A stretch of 44,253 nucleotides of DNA from Octopus sinensis. Its lineage: Eukaryota. The translations under genes and the position numbers were made by a program. The stretch is taken from positions 1-44,253 of the forward strand of contig NW_021834902.1 of the NCBI RefSeq assembly GCF_006345805.1, given 5' to 3'. The notes under the pieces were generated by a model. The model was not told the origin of the DNA, made no database searches, and saw only the letters and a program-made list of their open reading frames with translations. Position 1 is the first letter of the stretch, and each line of letters opens with the position of its first letter. This document shows positions 1 to 12,499 of this stretch, piece by piece.

Positions 1-247
1 GTAAGTTGAGGTACACGGGCCGCCTATGTGCCGTATATTCGGTGGTATTAGGGCATAAAATGTCTTAACGTTAACATGTTTGCCTATTGTTATGTGTCTC
101 ACATTTTGTTACCTGTGTGGATATATATCTACTAATTACGATTGTATTAATTATTCTTATCGCCGACAGATGGGCGATGCTGCTAATACTGTCTTAAGAA
201 AAGGTACTTGCTGTGTCTGCGCGCACACGCACGTGGAGTCGTATCAT

Positions 248-496
248 GATATATATATATATATATATATAATTATATATATATATACACACTGAGAAAT
301 ACTTTCGTTGTTCCTAATATTCATCTCTATATCTGTCATTCTCAGCATACACACATATATATAGACACGCATACATATATGTAGGGTAATTGTGAAAAGT
401 GCTATAAATCGCGACACACAACAAAAACCTACGCGAACGAGAGAGAGAAATAAGTATATAGAGAGAGACAGACAGATAGGGAGAGAGAGAGAGACT
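248..496. repeat. (TA)n and (GA)n microsatellites upstream of the start codon
   Basis: Runs at ~248-287 and ~438-496. Confidence 0.9.
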
Positions 497-596
497 GACA
501 TTGTCTAACGGTGCTGTGTCGCTGTGGTAGACCAGACAGATACAAACTTTTTCTAAAAACAAACTTTATAGTGTGTCTATAAGACAAGCGGTGACT

Positions 597-825
597 ATGG
601 AAGGTAATATTCGAGTCCCACGTCGTTTAAAACGTTACTTCAGCTCCATGTGTCTGGTCAGTGTCTTCCTGATGGTGCTTGTGGGACCAGGGGCCATCAT
701 AACAGTCCTCGGTCAAACCATGTCCTTTTTTAATCTTACAAACTTGCTTGGGTCGTTCGGCAATTTGATCGAATCTTTGGCCGGTTTCGGCAAGGGTGGA
801 AGTTGTACCTTTAAATGTCCCGATG
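597..825 (+). CDS. PLA2G12A: Group XII secretory phospholipase A2, coding exon 1 (signal peptide/anchor to CTFKCPDG)
   Basis: ATG at 597; hydrophobic stretch MCLVSVFLMVLVGPGAIITVLG; CxxxCxxG matches group XII CQYKCSDG; donor G|GTAAGT at 825/826, phase 1. Confidence 0.88.
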
Positions 826-929
826 GTAAGTAATTATGCCTCGTTTTTGGATGTGTGTGTCTAATTATATGTTTTGTTAATCATACTCTCTCAATGTGAG
901 TTTGTTTATATTTATCTGTATGCATTGTG

Positions 930-1520
930 GATCTTCCATCTTTTATTCAGGCACAATGTATCTAGGATTACATTATCTAATGTATAGTACAGTAGTTATT
1001 ACGAGCAATAGCTGTTGTTTAACCCAAGGTCAGACCTGATCCGGGCAGAGCTACAGTGAAACATGTCCCAGTCGTGACCATTCCATCTTTTATTCAGATA
1101 TCGTATAGGCCTATCCAAGAGTACATTATTTAGTATAAAGTATAGTAATTTGTATAAATGGTTATAGTTAATGTTTTTAGCCCTAGGTCCGTACAACTAT
1201 GTTCCAAGCACATTTCGTCTTTTATTCAGTAACAATGTATCTAGGACTACATCATGTCGAGTTATATCGAAGGAATGCCAAATGTTATTATTTAGCTTCA
1301 AGTCAGACTTTATTTGACACACATGTAGTCAAAGACATTCCAGCTGTGATCGTCTCGTTTTTAAATCGGACACAGTATATCTAGGACCACATTATCTAAC
1401 GCATACTATCGTAGTAAATAGTGGTGGCTGATGTTTTTGTTTAGCCAAATCGGTCCTCATCCAGGGAGAGCTCCGATTAAAAGATGTTCCAGTAGTGACC
1501 ATCCTATCTTTTATTCAGAC
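930..1520. repeat. Degenerate tandem array (~5 units of 90-150 bp)
   Basis: Recurring tgtttagcc..ggtc..ttccag..gtgaccat.ccatcttttattcag..tatctagga.tacattat; a dispersed related copy at ~17355-17420. Confidence 0.65.
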
Positions 1521-2149
1521 GTTTGTGCCCCCCCCCCCCAAATTTCTAAGCGTAGTGTATCCCGTTTCGGAAGACATCTACCAATTTCAATTTTAGAAAT
1601 TTCTTCGTTTTTCACCTAAACGAAACCACGTTTTACACATACCCTCCAGTTTGTTAACCACCTGAATAGCTACACGTCACTTTCACTTTTGGCACTTCAA
1701 ACGTTTCCGATCCCGGATCATTTATCGGCTTCCAGAAATCCTGGAATATCGTACGATATGCTGTAGCTTGTATTGAGTACACAGACCAGCAATCATTCGA
1801 TGTAACTCACAGAAATGTTACATGGCGATCATGCGATTCAAAACGACCTTGTTTTTGAAGTTAGTTAATTTGCATACGGTGTGTTAAAAATAGTTTTGTT
1901 AATTTTTAAGTGGATTAATGAAGATTAAACAGACTCTGCTTTACAAGTGTATTAATTTCTGCCTGTATCTGTTAAATAAAATCATGGTCGTCAGTTTTCT
2001 TCGTTTAATTTTAATCCCCCCAAAATTAAACTGTACAGCGGAGTTAAAGAATACGTACACTACCCGTTTTCGGTGTAACAAAAACCCTAACCCTACGTAT
2101 TCTTTACTTTCGCCGCTTACCTCCACATGTGTCCCCACCGACTTTGTAG

Positions 2150-2730
2150 TCTGATAACTTTCAGAAAAATGGATATTTTTTAACGAAATTTTCTACAAAA
2201 ATACCTCCGATTGTATAGATTCTGATTATGTCGGAATTTGTGTCCTCCCCCCAAAAGAATAAAAAAATCTCCGAATATGGAGCGAGGAGTTTCAGGAGAT
2301 TCAAACAAGCCGCTTTTGTTTCCTCATAACATTCGGAAAAATGGGTAGGGCAGAATTAGTAACTGGGGCAAAATGAGTAACTTTTGATTTCTCGTTATTT
2401 TCTCCCTACCTGTTTGAAATCGTGGTTAATATTGATATTATTACCCGGAAACGAAATCGAAAAAAAAAAAAAAAATAGTGCAACGGGTGTAAAAAAAAAG
2501 TGGAGGAAACGAATATGAAAACAAAAATACGCGGAAAGCAACAGGGAAGGGAGATGACCTGGGAAAATTCACAAGATCCGAGTTTTACCCTCATAACTTT
2601 TAGGAAAATTGATATCGTTTAATGAAATTTTTATAAATACCTTTCAAACGGCATATATTACGATTATAACGAAATTTGTGGGTAAAATCTTTTTTCCGAA
2701 GGAAATTTTTGAAAATTTCACGAGATCCTT
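2150..2730. repeat. Unclassified repeat with internal direct repeats (possible DNA-transposon remnant)
   Basis: ataacttt..gaaaa..gatat..ttaa.gaaattttctacaaa.atacc..gattat..ggaatttgtg at ~2155-2240 and ~2594-2680, and again at ~8030-8090. Confidence 0.5.
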
Positions 2731-2739
2731 ACCTTAGAA

Positions 2740-5700
2740 GAGTCAACACGTGTCTTTCTTCGTGGTAAGAATTTTTGCTGTTGTTACTGCTTTGTCGGAC
2801 TATTTGTTGCATTACTTTTGGATTTCGAATGTGAAATTGTTGTTGAATATTGTTTTACCGAGGAATAATTTGTTAAAAAAAACAAAAACAAGTTGTTTAA
2901 AAATTATTGAACTATATTTGTTGGCCATTGTGGCAGTTTGTTATTTGTTGAACTGTGAATAGTCTTTTTAGACTATTTTTGTTCTCCCCCCCTAACGGGG
3001 GTGGGATTTTAACTTTGGATTGCTGTAACACAAATTAATTATTTTTGTCCTCTGCGAGAGGAAAACCTTTTTATAGGTTTCCCAGCTTTGTGGGAAACCA
3101 ATTTCTCTTGAATTATATTTATTTCAACCATGTTGGTTGAAATCATTCGAGAAAAATGTGCTCTTGTAGAGAGCAATGTTGATGTTGGCAATTGCGCTAA
3201 CACTGAAAAAGTTTTCAACAGTTGCCACAGTGGCAACCGAAAATATAGATATTTCGGGAGATATGTTAAAAGAATATTTCAAAAGGATGAAGGAGGTGAT
3301 GTTGTGATATCACCCTCCTCCACTGTGTTAGAAACAGTGAAACTGACCGTAGTGTATAAAACCGTCTGCCCACAAGACAGAAGGTTTAAACACTTCGAAA
3401 AAGAAATAATTGAAAAGTGCCTGTCCCCGATATGGAAGGATATAGTGTATATCACGAAGGGACGGGCATATGGTTCTGTTGAGGTCCATTTCTCAAAGGA
3501 AGAGGTGGCCCGCGGGCATTCCGTGTGTCCCCTGAAGTCCAGAGAAGTGGTACTTCTACCAACTTATATGGGACGAAGAACATCCCGTGTAAAAATCAAC
3601 GAAGTACCACCTGAAGTAGACCTGAAAGAAGTAGTGGCCGCCCTGCTGTTTAATAGGATGGACCAATAAAAATTTTACAAACAACAAGTCCCCCCCCCCC
3701 CCGAATTGGTTTGGGCAGAACATTACAGTATTAATTCAAGGAAAACAGGACATTCAGATCCTTCTGGAACAACCCCCTTGTAAGATGCGGCACCAACAGA
3801 AAACACTGTGTCGGAAAAAATTGTCACCCACCTCGCAGATGATGCCATGGGAGTATCAGAGGGCAAATTCATACCAGTGGGAAAGAAACGTTCTCGTAGA
3901 CCTTCCCCACCCACATCCCCCACACAAAACAGAAAAAACGCACCACAGACAACAAAAAAGAAACCCTGCCCTACTGTCCCTGAAGAAAATCAAAACTTAA
4001 TTTTAATAGAATATAACACAATAGACACGTACACTAATGACATCATTGTACAGCATAAAAAGACTATATTGTACCCCCAACTCAAAGAATGAAAGAACAG
4101 ATGTGCAATGATAGAAGAATCCCTATACCGGGAATTAAGGAACAGACACCTTATGGAAAATTGTGGACTTGCCAAACTATGTGAAGAGAGAAGAGAAGGA
4201 GGGGGCAGATCCACGTGTGGTGAGGTCAGCCTCAAAATCTCCAAAGAAATGTAAATAGAACTTTTACTTTTTGTAACGGTGTCTCTTAACCTTGGTTGTT
4301 TAAATGTGTGTGGTCTGTGTTCAAAGTGGAAGCAGGCTTGTTTCCTAGACGACCTCAGATCACATGATATACATGTGTGATGGTTGCTACAGAGAGCAGG
4401 CCGGACAGTCTACAAACCTTCTCGCCTCTCCTGAATGGCTACGAGAAAATCATGTCTCCTGGCCAGACCGGGGGGCAAGGGGGTGTAATGGTACTGATCC
4501 GTAAAGGCTTGGCTCTACAGACAAGTACAGTCTGAAGGTGGGCTGGTCGTCCTTGATGTGACATACAGCAGTAAGGCCTTCAGGTTGATCGGACTCTATG
4601 CACCTTGTGCTAGAGGTTTCCAAATTGATTTTTATCGACACCTAGAGGGCTTTCTCGTGACGTCAAAGACATTAGTGGTATTAGGGGATTTTAATGCTAT
4701 TGTTGACGTACACATCGATAATGTTGGCTCGATCCATTGGAAAGTAAACTCACATCTCGTGGATCTGCTTAAGCAGTTTCAGCTGGCAGATCATTACAAA
4801 CTTGACCATCCGAACGTCCCAGAGTGGACCTGGATGAGTGGCAACGGAAGGTTCAAGTCTTATCTAGATAAGAAAGTGATAAAAACTAGAGATAAGTCTA
4901 GTTTTAGTTGTCCACAGCTTGTCCAGGATGGTCAAGTGTAGACTGGACATAGGTAGCACACTTAAGATAGGATCCGGCTACTGGAAACTGAACAAGTCTA
5001 TTTTGACTTGTGAGGCATACTGTAGTCGGATTAAGGAGTTAGTGCAGAGGGCGTTAACCAGAGCCATGGTTAATAACAGGTGGTGGTTTGCCCTCAAAAG
5101 AGCCATTGGATTCGAGTCCTTTAGGTTTAGTAAGCAACTAAGACTAGACAGGGCTAGAATAGAAGGGCAATTAGAGGAAGCGTTGAGGTTGGGCTCTGCA
5201 TTGTACATTTTGGTGGTGAGAACAGCATTAGACTGTCACCTCAAAACCAAACATGAGGGGTGTAGAAATCGGGCTACAGCGCGAGTATTGGGCCATGAGG
5301 GAATTAATGTTGCAGGATGGGCCCGTACGATAGAAACCCAGCATGGCAACGATGTTACAATAAGGTCTCTAGCTGACGAAAATGGATGCATGATCAACTT
5401 CGCTGAGTTGTTCGGGAGGTGCGGGACGCTGGATCATGGTGAGGCCCTTAAGGACTTCCTGTCTGGTGGCTCGCGTCTCTCGGCATGAGAGGCTGAGTGC
5501 TGTGAGGGGCCAATCACAGCTGAGGAAGTAATCAAGGTGTTGGGCGAGTGCCCCGGGGAGAAGTTGCCGGGTCTCAATGGTCTGCCCTATGAGTTTTACA
5601 AAAGTATGCCAGACTTGTTCGGGCACCTGCTGGCTAGCGTCTTCGCCAATTGGCAGCAGAATGGAAGAATTCCCAAGTCTGCAAGCCGGGGGATGGTGGC

Positions 5701-6948
5701 GTTGATCAGGAAGGACCTGAACAAGGGGGACGAGATAGGGAACTTCAGGCCCATAACTCTGCTGAACACAAGATTTTGGCCAAGGTGCTAGCGAAAAGGT
5801 TGGCGCAGGTCATGGAGAAACTTGTCAGGGAAGCGCAAATATGCGCTATCCCGTGCAGGACAATCTCCACCTTATATGCTACTCCTTAGAGAAGCTAAAG
5901 GGTGGGCTAGGGATGCCTTAGCTAAAGATGCGAAAATTCGTGTTGAGGTTGAGGCACCTCTGGCTTTACTTGGATGGAGAGCAGGTGTGGTCACCGCATG
6001 TTCGATTCTACCTTCCCTAGTTAACATCCTTAATGGACACCGGTGCATGGATCAAGCGGAGACCTAGACTGGGGGAATGGCACTTGGAGTGTCGACAGGC
6101 ACTCGAGCTACTCTCTCAGGCGGGCAATGCCAGCAACAGGAGTTCCACCGCAGATTTCTATAGCGGGTTAGTGGAATTTATGTCAGAAGACACCTTGGAG
6201 GAGACACTGGGTTACGATGAAAATCAGTTGGTCAACCTGTTCAGAACGTTCGGGCCGAGGTATCTGGATAATTACCAGAAATCCCTGGCCTGGCAGTGTT
6301 TCTGTGCGGCGTTACCTGTTCGCGACAAGCTTTCAAGGCATGTAAGTGCCATCTCGCCGACATGTCCACGATGTGAGCAGGATAGGGAAACCGTCTTGCA
6401 CGCATTCGTGGAGTGCAAAGAGTTATCATGACTGATTGCTTTTGCCGAACAACTGTTGTCAGTGAGTAGAAGAGTACAGCTATCAGCGGAGTCTATCATT
6501 GAGATTGTGCCACCTCCTTTCCTCAGTAGGGAAAGGAAGGCTTGTTTTTCCTGCGTAGTAGCCATACTGAAAGAAACAGTATGGAAGACGCATACGAAAG
6601 GTATAGTGACAGGTACCTTTGTATCCGGCCAGGGGTTGGTTAACTTTTTTAGTTACCACCTCGGTAGTGAGATCAGGTTGGAGAAGAGGTGTCTGTCATG
6701 AGATACGTTTATGAATAGATGGAAGCTTGTGGCTTGCAAGCTGGGTATGTTTGGCACCAGGTAAGTGTGGCCGGATCAAGAAGTAAAGGTTCTACCCAGA
6801 TGGTTGGGTAGACTACTATGTAATATTAAATTTATATACTTTATATTGTAAATACTAAAACATTTTAAACTACTTCACCCTATATGTTTGTCTGTCCTTG
6901 TATGTCCCCTCTATGTAATGCCTTTATGGCGAATTTTCATGAAATAAA
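2740..6948 (+). mobile_element. Decayed L1/Tx1-like LINE (5'UTR, ORF1, APE endonuclease, partial RT, zf-RVT, 3' tail)
   Basis: ORF1 pieces 3130-4250; EN motifs LGCLNV, IGLYAP, GDFN, SYLD; GYWKLN; RT start PGLNGLPYEFY, NFRPITLLN; RT core deleted near 5870; CPRC..ETVLHAFVEC; many stops and frameshifts. Confidence 0.9.
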
Positions 6949-7292
6949 GTAGCTTGCTTACCAACCACATGGTTCCGGGTTTAGTCCCACTGCGTGGCAC
7001 CTTGGGCAAGTGTCTTCTACTATAACCCCGGGCCGACCAAAGCCTTGTGAGTGGATTTGGTAGGCAGAAACTGAAAGAAGCCTGCTGTATATATGTATGT
7101 GTGTGTATATGTTTGTGTGTCTTTGTTTGTCCCCCTCAACATCGCTTGACAACTGATGCTGGTTTGTTTACGTCTCCGTAACTTAGTGGTTCAGCTTACA
7201 AAGAATAAGTCCTGGGGTCGATTTGCTCGACTAAAGGTGGTGCTCCAGCATGGCTGCAGTCAAATGACTGAAACAAGTAAAAGAGTAAAGAG
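6948..7292 (+). mobile_element. tRNA-derived SINE family A
   Basis: B-box-like GGTTTAGTCC; body with internal TA/TG microsatellite; tail ggtgctccagcatgg..cagtcaaatgactgaaac. Confidence 0.85.
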
Positions 7293-7560
7293 TATATACC
7301 TTTCTAACGACATGCATTATGGATGCCTAATGTGCCGTAAACCCCTTATTTTTGTTTGGTTCATTAGGCATCCGTAATGCATACCATTTGAAAGGTACAT
7401 ATGTACAATTTCATTAAAAGATAGCCAAATTTGTCTTTTTATATGCTCAAAAAGAACAGAGATAATTTTCTGAAATAGTGATCAGATTATGTTATAAGGC
7501 TTTTGATGCATTTAGGAAAGGTCATTTGCTTAGCTGATATATTTTTGTAAGGGGGACAAC

Positions 7561-7937
7561 GTTTACTTGTTTCAGTCATTTGACTGTGGCCATGCTGGAG
7601 CACTGCCTTTAGTTGAGCAAATGACCCCAAGACTTATTCTTTGTAAGCCTAGTACTTATTCTGTTGGCCTCTTTTGCCGAACCGGTAAGTTACGGGAACG
7701 TAAACACACCAGCATCGGTTGTCAAGCGATGTTGGGGGACAAACACAGATACACAAACACACATATACATATATATGATGGGCTTCTTTTCAGTTTCCAT
7801 CTACCAAATCCACTCACAAGGCTTTGGTCAGCCCGAGGCTATAGTAGAAGATACTTGCCCAAGGTGTCACACAGTGGGACTGAACCCGGAACCATGTGGT
7901 TAGTAAGCAGGCTACTTACGACACAGCCACTCCTCCG
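7561..7937 (-). mobile_element. SINE family A, near full length
   Basis: Minus-strand head GGAGTGGCTGTGTCGT..GGTTCAGTCCCAC (A/B boxes); reverse complement of the 6948 copy. Confidence 0.88.
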
Positions 7938-8189
7938 GTAGTGAACATTTGTAAAAATTATATTTTGTCTCAAGTCAAAAGTGCAGTAACCACACTTCAT
8001 TTTGCCCCCCCCCCCTGCCCCACCATTTGTTAATGAAATTTTCTACAAATATCATTCAGTGTAACTTACGATTATATTGGAATTTGATACAAAAAAGAAA
8101 AATTAATAAGGACACACACACATCACAACTTTATCTGAAATTTCAAGTTTCATTTTGTAGATACATGTGATGTGTCTCAGTAGATATAT

Positions 8190-8409
8190 TCTTTACTCTT
8201 TTACTTGTTTCAGTCATTTGACTGTGGCCATGTTGGAGCACCACCTTTAGTCGAGCAAATTGACCCCAGGACTTATTCTTTGTAAGCCTAGTACTTATTC
8301 TATTGGTCTTTTTTTGCCGAACCACTAAGTTACGGGGACATAAACACACCAGCATCGGTTGTCAAGCGATGTGGGGGGACAAACACAGACACACAATCAT
8401 ACACACATG

Positions 8410-8490
<81 letters not shown>

Positions 8491-8662
8491 GTATATACGG
8501 CAGGCTTCTTTTCAGCTTCCATCTACCAAATCCACTCACAAGGCTTTGGTCGGCCCGAGGATATAGTAGAAGACACTTGCCCAAGGTGTCACGCAGTGGG
8601 ACTGAACCAGGAACCATATGGTTGGCAAGCAAGCTACTTACCACACAGCCACTCCTGTGCCT
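8190..8662 (-). mobile_element. SINE family A, full length with expanded (TA)n
   Basis: Same head, body and tail as the 7561 copy. Confidence 0.88.
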
Positions 8663-8829
8663 ATAGTGCCTATAGTCCATCAATTTATTTTTTCATATCA
8701 CATTCTGATATAATCACAGTGTATATACACTGGAGGGCACTTATTTTTAATTTTTAATTTAACAAATTTATACCAAACTAGCACTATGACCCAGCAACGC
8801 CGGGTCATAATGCTAGTATATATATATAT

Positions 8830-9057
8830 TTATATATATGTGTGTGTGTGTGTGTGTCTGTGTTTGTCACCCCCCCCCCAACATCACTTGACAACCAATG
8901 TTGGTGTGTTTACATCCCTGTAACTTAGTGGTTCTGCAAAAGAGACCGATAGAATAAGTACTAGGCTTCCAAAGAATAAGTCCTGGGGTCAATTTACTCA
9001 ACTAAAGGTGGTGCTCCAGCATGGCCACAGTCAAATGACTGAAACAAGTAAAAAAGC
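8830..9057 (+). mobile_element. SINE family A, 3' half
   Basis: gtaacttag..gatagaataagtactaggc..tail. Confidence 0.8.
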
Positions 9058-9069
9058 ATATATGCATTA

Positions 9070-10600
9070 ACAGTTTGTTGCCCTCCTGTAATATCTAAAA
9101 AACCTGATAGCTAATATTAGTAACAGAGTGTCTAACTTCTCTTCCCCTAAAGAAATTTTCGAGAAAGGCGCCCCCTGTTATAACAATGCCTTAGCCAATA
9201 GTAGCTTCAAAGATAGATTAATATATAATCCCTCTAACAGTAATTAGAATAATAATAATAGACCTAGTAGCATCAAAGATAAAGTTATAAATAACCCCGC
9301 TAATATTAATCATCATCATCATCATAATAGTAGACCTAAAAATAGGTGAAGGAAAATTATTTAGTTCCCCTCTCCCTTTTGCTTTAATATTAAAACTAAC
9401 ATTAGTTCTCCTAGACAAACACTTTCCAGCAACTCACAGACTCAGGAAAATATTTAATAGGCATACTGGGAAATTACCATATAGCTGCTCTCCCAGTATG
9501 AAGAGTATCATTACATTTGGTCAATACCAAGAGCTTAAATCCAGCTGTAACAGCTGCAACCCAGGATCCTGTCCAATTGTCCAACAATGTATTCTTTTAT
9601 TTGTGTCAGTCATTTGACTGTGGCCATGCTGGAGCACTGCCTTTAGTTGAACAAATTGACCCCAGGACTTATTCTTTGTAAGCCTAGTACTTATTCTATC
9701 GGTCTCTCTTGCCGAACCACTAAGTGATAGGGGCGTAAACATACGAGCATCGATTATCACAGACACACAAATATATACATACTCACACACACACACACAT
9801 ATATGCATATATATGTCGGGCTCCTTTTAGTTTCCATCTACCAAATCCACTCACAAGGCTTTGGTTGGCCTGAGGCTATAGTAGAAGACACTTGCCTAAG
9901 ATGCCATGTAGTGGGACTGAACCTGAAACCATGTGGTTGGTAAGCAAGCTACTTACCATACAGCCACTCAAAGTGCGTGTATGATTAAATCTGTCATATA
10001 TGAGGCGGAAGTTACAGCAACTTTAGATGATAACACAACCAATAAGAAGAGCTATGTTGGGTTATGTGAAAGAAACTTCAAAAATTGCCATGCTAACCAC
10101 ACATTTTCCCTTCCGGCTTGCCACATATGGGGTTTGAAGTCTAACATCACATATGATAAAGTGGAAAATAATTGAAAAATCAACACCATATGTCAACGGA
10201 TCAAAAACGGATGTGTAGCTGAAAGAACTCAGATCCTTTTCAGATCTAAGAATTGGCTAAGTTTCTGTTAGCAAACTGGAAAGTACCACCCTCTTCAAAT
10301 TGAACAGCTATACTGTCGATTCTAGGCCACTATCTCCTGACCCTTATATTTTACAGTCAAAGGGGACATAGCTCTAATTCTTTCCCACCCCTTTTGCTTC
10401 TCCTGTTTTCTTTTTCATTTTCTGGTTTTTCAACCTTCCACTTTTTATGTTTACTTTTGTCTCTCCTTTTTTCCTTTCATCCTATTTTTAGCTTGTTATG
10501 CTATGTGGGCATTACCTGAAGATTGCAATAAAGCACCAGAGGTGTTAAAAATACTGTTTAGGATGCTTTCATGGCATGAAACTAATAGTACAACATAAAA
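9070..10600 (+). mobile_element. Penelope-like element 3' fragment (RT C-terminus, GIY-YIG, terminal repeat) interrupted by a SINE
   Basis: Translations ISNRVSNFSSPKEIFEKGAPCYNNAL, LDKHFP..HRLRKIFNRHT..YSCSPSMKSII and CMIKSVIYEAEV..KSYVGLCERNFK; hammerhead-like motif at 10516-10590. Confidence 0.8.
9592..9970 (-). mobile_element. SINE family A inserted in the Penelope fragment
   Basis: Full head-to-tail match to other family A copies; Penelope coding sequence resumes at ~9971. Confidence 0.85.
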
Positions 10601-10697
10601 ATATATATTGTTTTACACACACACACATGTATATACACTCCAAACTAACTTTCTGTTTATTGTGTATATAACTAAAGTATCTCCTCTCGTATTGCAG

Positions 10698-10765
10698 GAA
10701 GTAAACCACGACCCAATCCTGTCCATGCTTCCACTACTGATGGTTGTGGTGCATTTGGTTTTCAG
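10698..10765 (+). CDS. PLA2G12A: Group XII sPLA2, coding exon 2 (GSKPRPNPVHASTTDGCGAFGFQ, Ca2+-loop region)
   Basis: Acceptor ctcctctcgtattgcag|GA and donor CAG|gttagt. The 68 bp convert phase 1 to phase 0 and join exons 1 and 3 in frame. Translation matches group XII GSKP..NGCG. Confidence 0.9.
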
Positions 10766-11054
10766 GTTAGTGCCAACATATAAACCTGTTTTACCCTCAT
10801 ACACACATGCACACGCACACTAGTGCACACACACACAACTATACATTCACACATGTACATGTATCTGTATTCAGTTTGTAACTTGAATTAAAATAAGATA
10901 AAACAGGCAGGGTTAGTAACTGGAAGAGCATCCAGCAGTAAAATGATGCCTCAGTGTAATATATTCACGTAACTCATGCTAACATGGGAAATGATCATGA
11001 AAATGAATGACAGACTCTTATGTATGTGTATATACATACACATATACATACACT

Positions 11055-11281
11055 CGGCAAGCTGGCAGAAACGTTTGCATGCCTGGCGAAATGCTCAGCG
11101 GTATTTCGTCTGCCGCTACGTTCTGAGTTCAAATTCCGCCGAGGTTGACTTTGCCTTTCATCCTTTCAAGGTCGATAAATTAAGTACCAGTTACGCACTG
11201 GGGTCGATATAATCGACTTAATCCATTTGTCTCTCCTTATTTGTCCCCTCTATGTTTAGCCCCTTGTGGGTAATAAAGAAA
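11055..11281 (+). mobile_element. tRNA-derived SINE family B with L1/Tx1-type tail
   Basis: Head gctggcagaaacg..gagttcaaattcc; core gcctttcatcctttc..ggtcgataaattaagtaccag; tail tgtcccctctatgtttagccccttgtgggtaataaagaaa. Confidence 0.85.
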
Positions 11282-11284
11282 CAC

Positions 11285-11317
<33 letters not shown>

Positions 11318-11334
11318 TACATATATATATACTT

Positions 11335-11605
11335 CTTCTGTTGGTCGCTTTTGCCAAATTGCTAAGTTACAGTTACATAAACACACTAACACAGGTTGCC
11401 AAGTGGTGGTGGGGGATGAACATAGAGACAAAGATACACACACATGCACACACATGATGAGCTTCTTTCAGTTTCTGGCTACCAAATCCCCTCACAATGC
11501 TTTGGTTGGCCCAAAGCTATAGTAGAAGACACGTGCCTTCAGTGGAACTGAAGTGGAGCCATGTGGTTGGGAAAGAAACTTCTTCCCACACAGCCATGCC
11601 TGTAC
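11335..11605 (-). mobile_element. SINE family A, diverged
   Basis: cttctttcagtttc..ctaccaaatcc..ctatagtagaagacac..cacacagccatgcc. Confidence 0.75.
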
Positions 11606-12004
11606 CTATAAATATATATATATATAAGGCTTTACTCCCACACATGCCAGCTTAATTTAATTCGTCCTTAGTCGAAAGACACCTGTTGTTATATCCTGTT
11701 AATTTTCATTTGTATTTGTGTAACATTTCTCTGTTTTTTTCCATCTTTGTTTTCGTATACATTTGCTTCTTTCTTCCAAGGAATCTAATACTCTTAGCTT
11801 ATTTTTTCCTTGGGACTGGCCAGATCAATCTTGAGTAGAACCAGCCGAAATTACAAAGATAATCTGGAACTCAATTGAGGATAGAAAATTCCGAATGACC
11901 CGTCCTTGTTTTCCTTGTTTCGTCTGTCTGGATGTTTTGTTGTCCCTTTTTTGTATCACCTAACTGTCTGGATGTTTTGTGTTCTTGTCCAATTTTTGTA
12001 TATA

Positions 12005-12160
12005 TTGGGGAGAATTCACAAAAAACGAAAGGTGGTGTAGATAACAAACAGATGTATTAGTATAACGCTTGGGAAGTGAAAAAGTATTTAATGTTTCGAG
12101 CCTACGCTTTTCCACAGAAAGGAACATAAAAAGAAACAAGGAGGGAAAATAAAGAATGTG
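12005..12160 (-). mobile_element. Penelope-type terminal repeat fragment
   Basis: Reverse complement of the 40828-41052 repeat, including agcgtaggctcgaaac. Confidence 0.6.
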
Positions 12161-12499
12161 TATGCATGTACAGTTAGATGTATGTCTACTACTGAATGAG
12201 TAGTAGTTGTAAATGTTGATCATCATTTTCCAGTCAGCTTCCAGTATGGTGGTTAGTCTACCACTGAACCTAGTAATGTTACTAATTATGATATACAAAC
12301 CATACATAGTAGAAAATTAAGATAAATGCCTGTATAAATATTTAGTTCCTGTGTAAGCACAGGCTGTATTGTAAGAAATTTGCTTCTGGGCACCTTGGGC
12401 AATTCTGTTATAGCCATGTGAGTGAATTTGCTAGATGGAAACTGAAAGAAGCATGTCACACACACACACACACACAAACACACACATATACATACATAG

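Noticed and set aside
7870-7937. tRNA-like A/B-box sequences
   Set aside because: They are SINE heads continuous with SINE bodies, with no complete cloverleaf.
10608-10823. 71-aa ORF spanning exon 2
   Set aside because: Wrong frame; the spliced frame gives the group XII motif.
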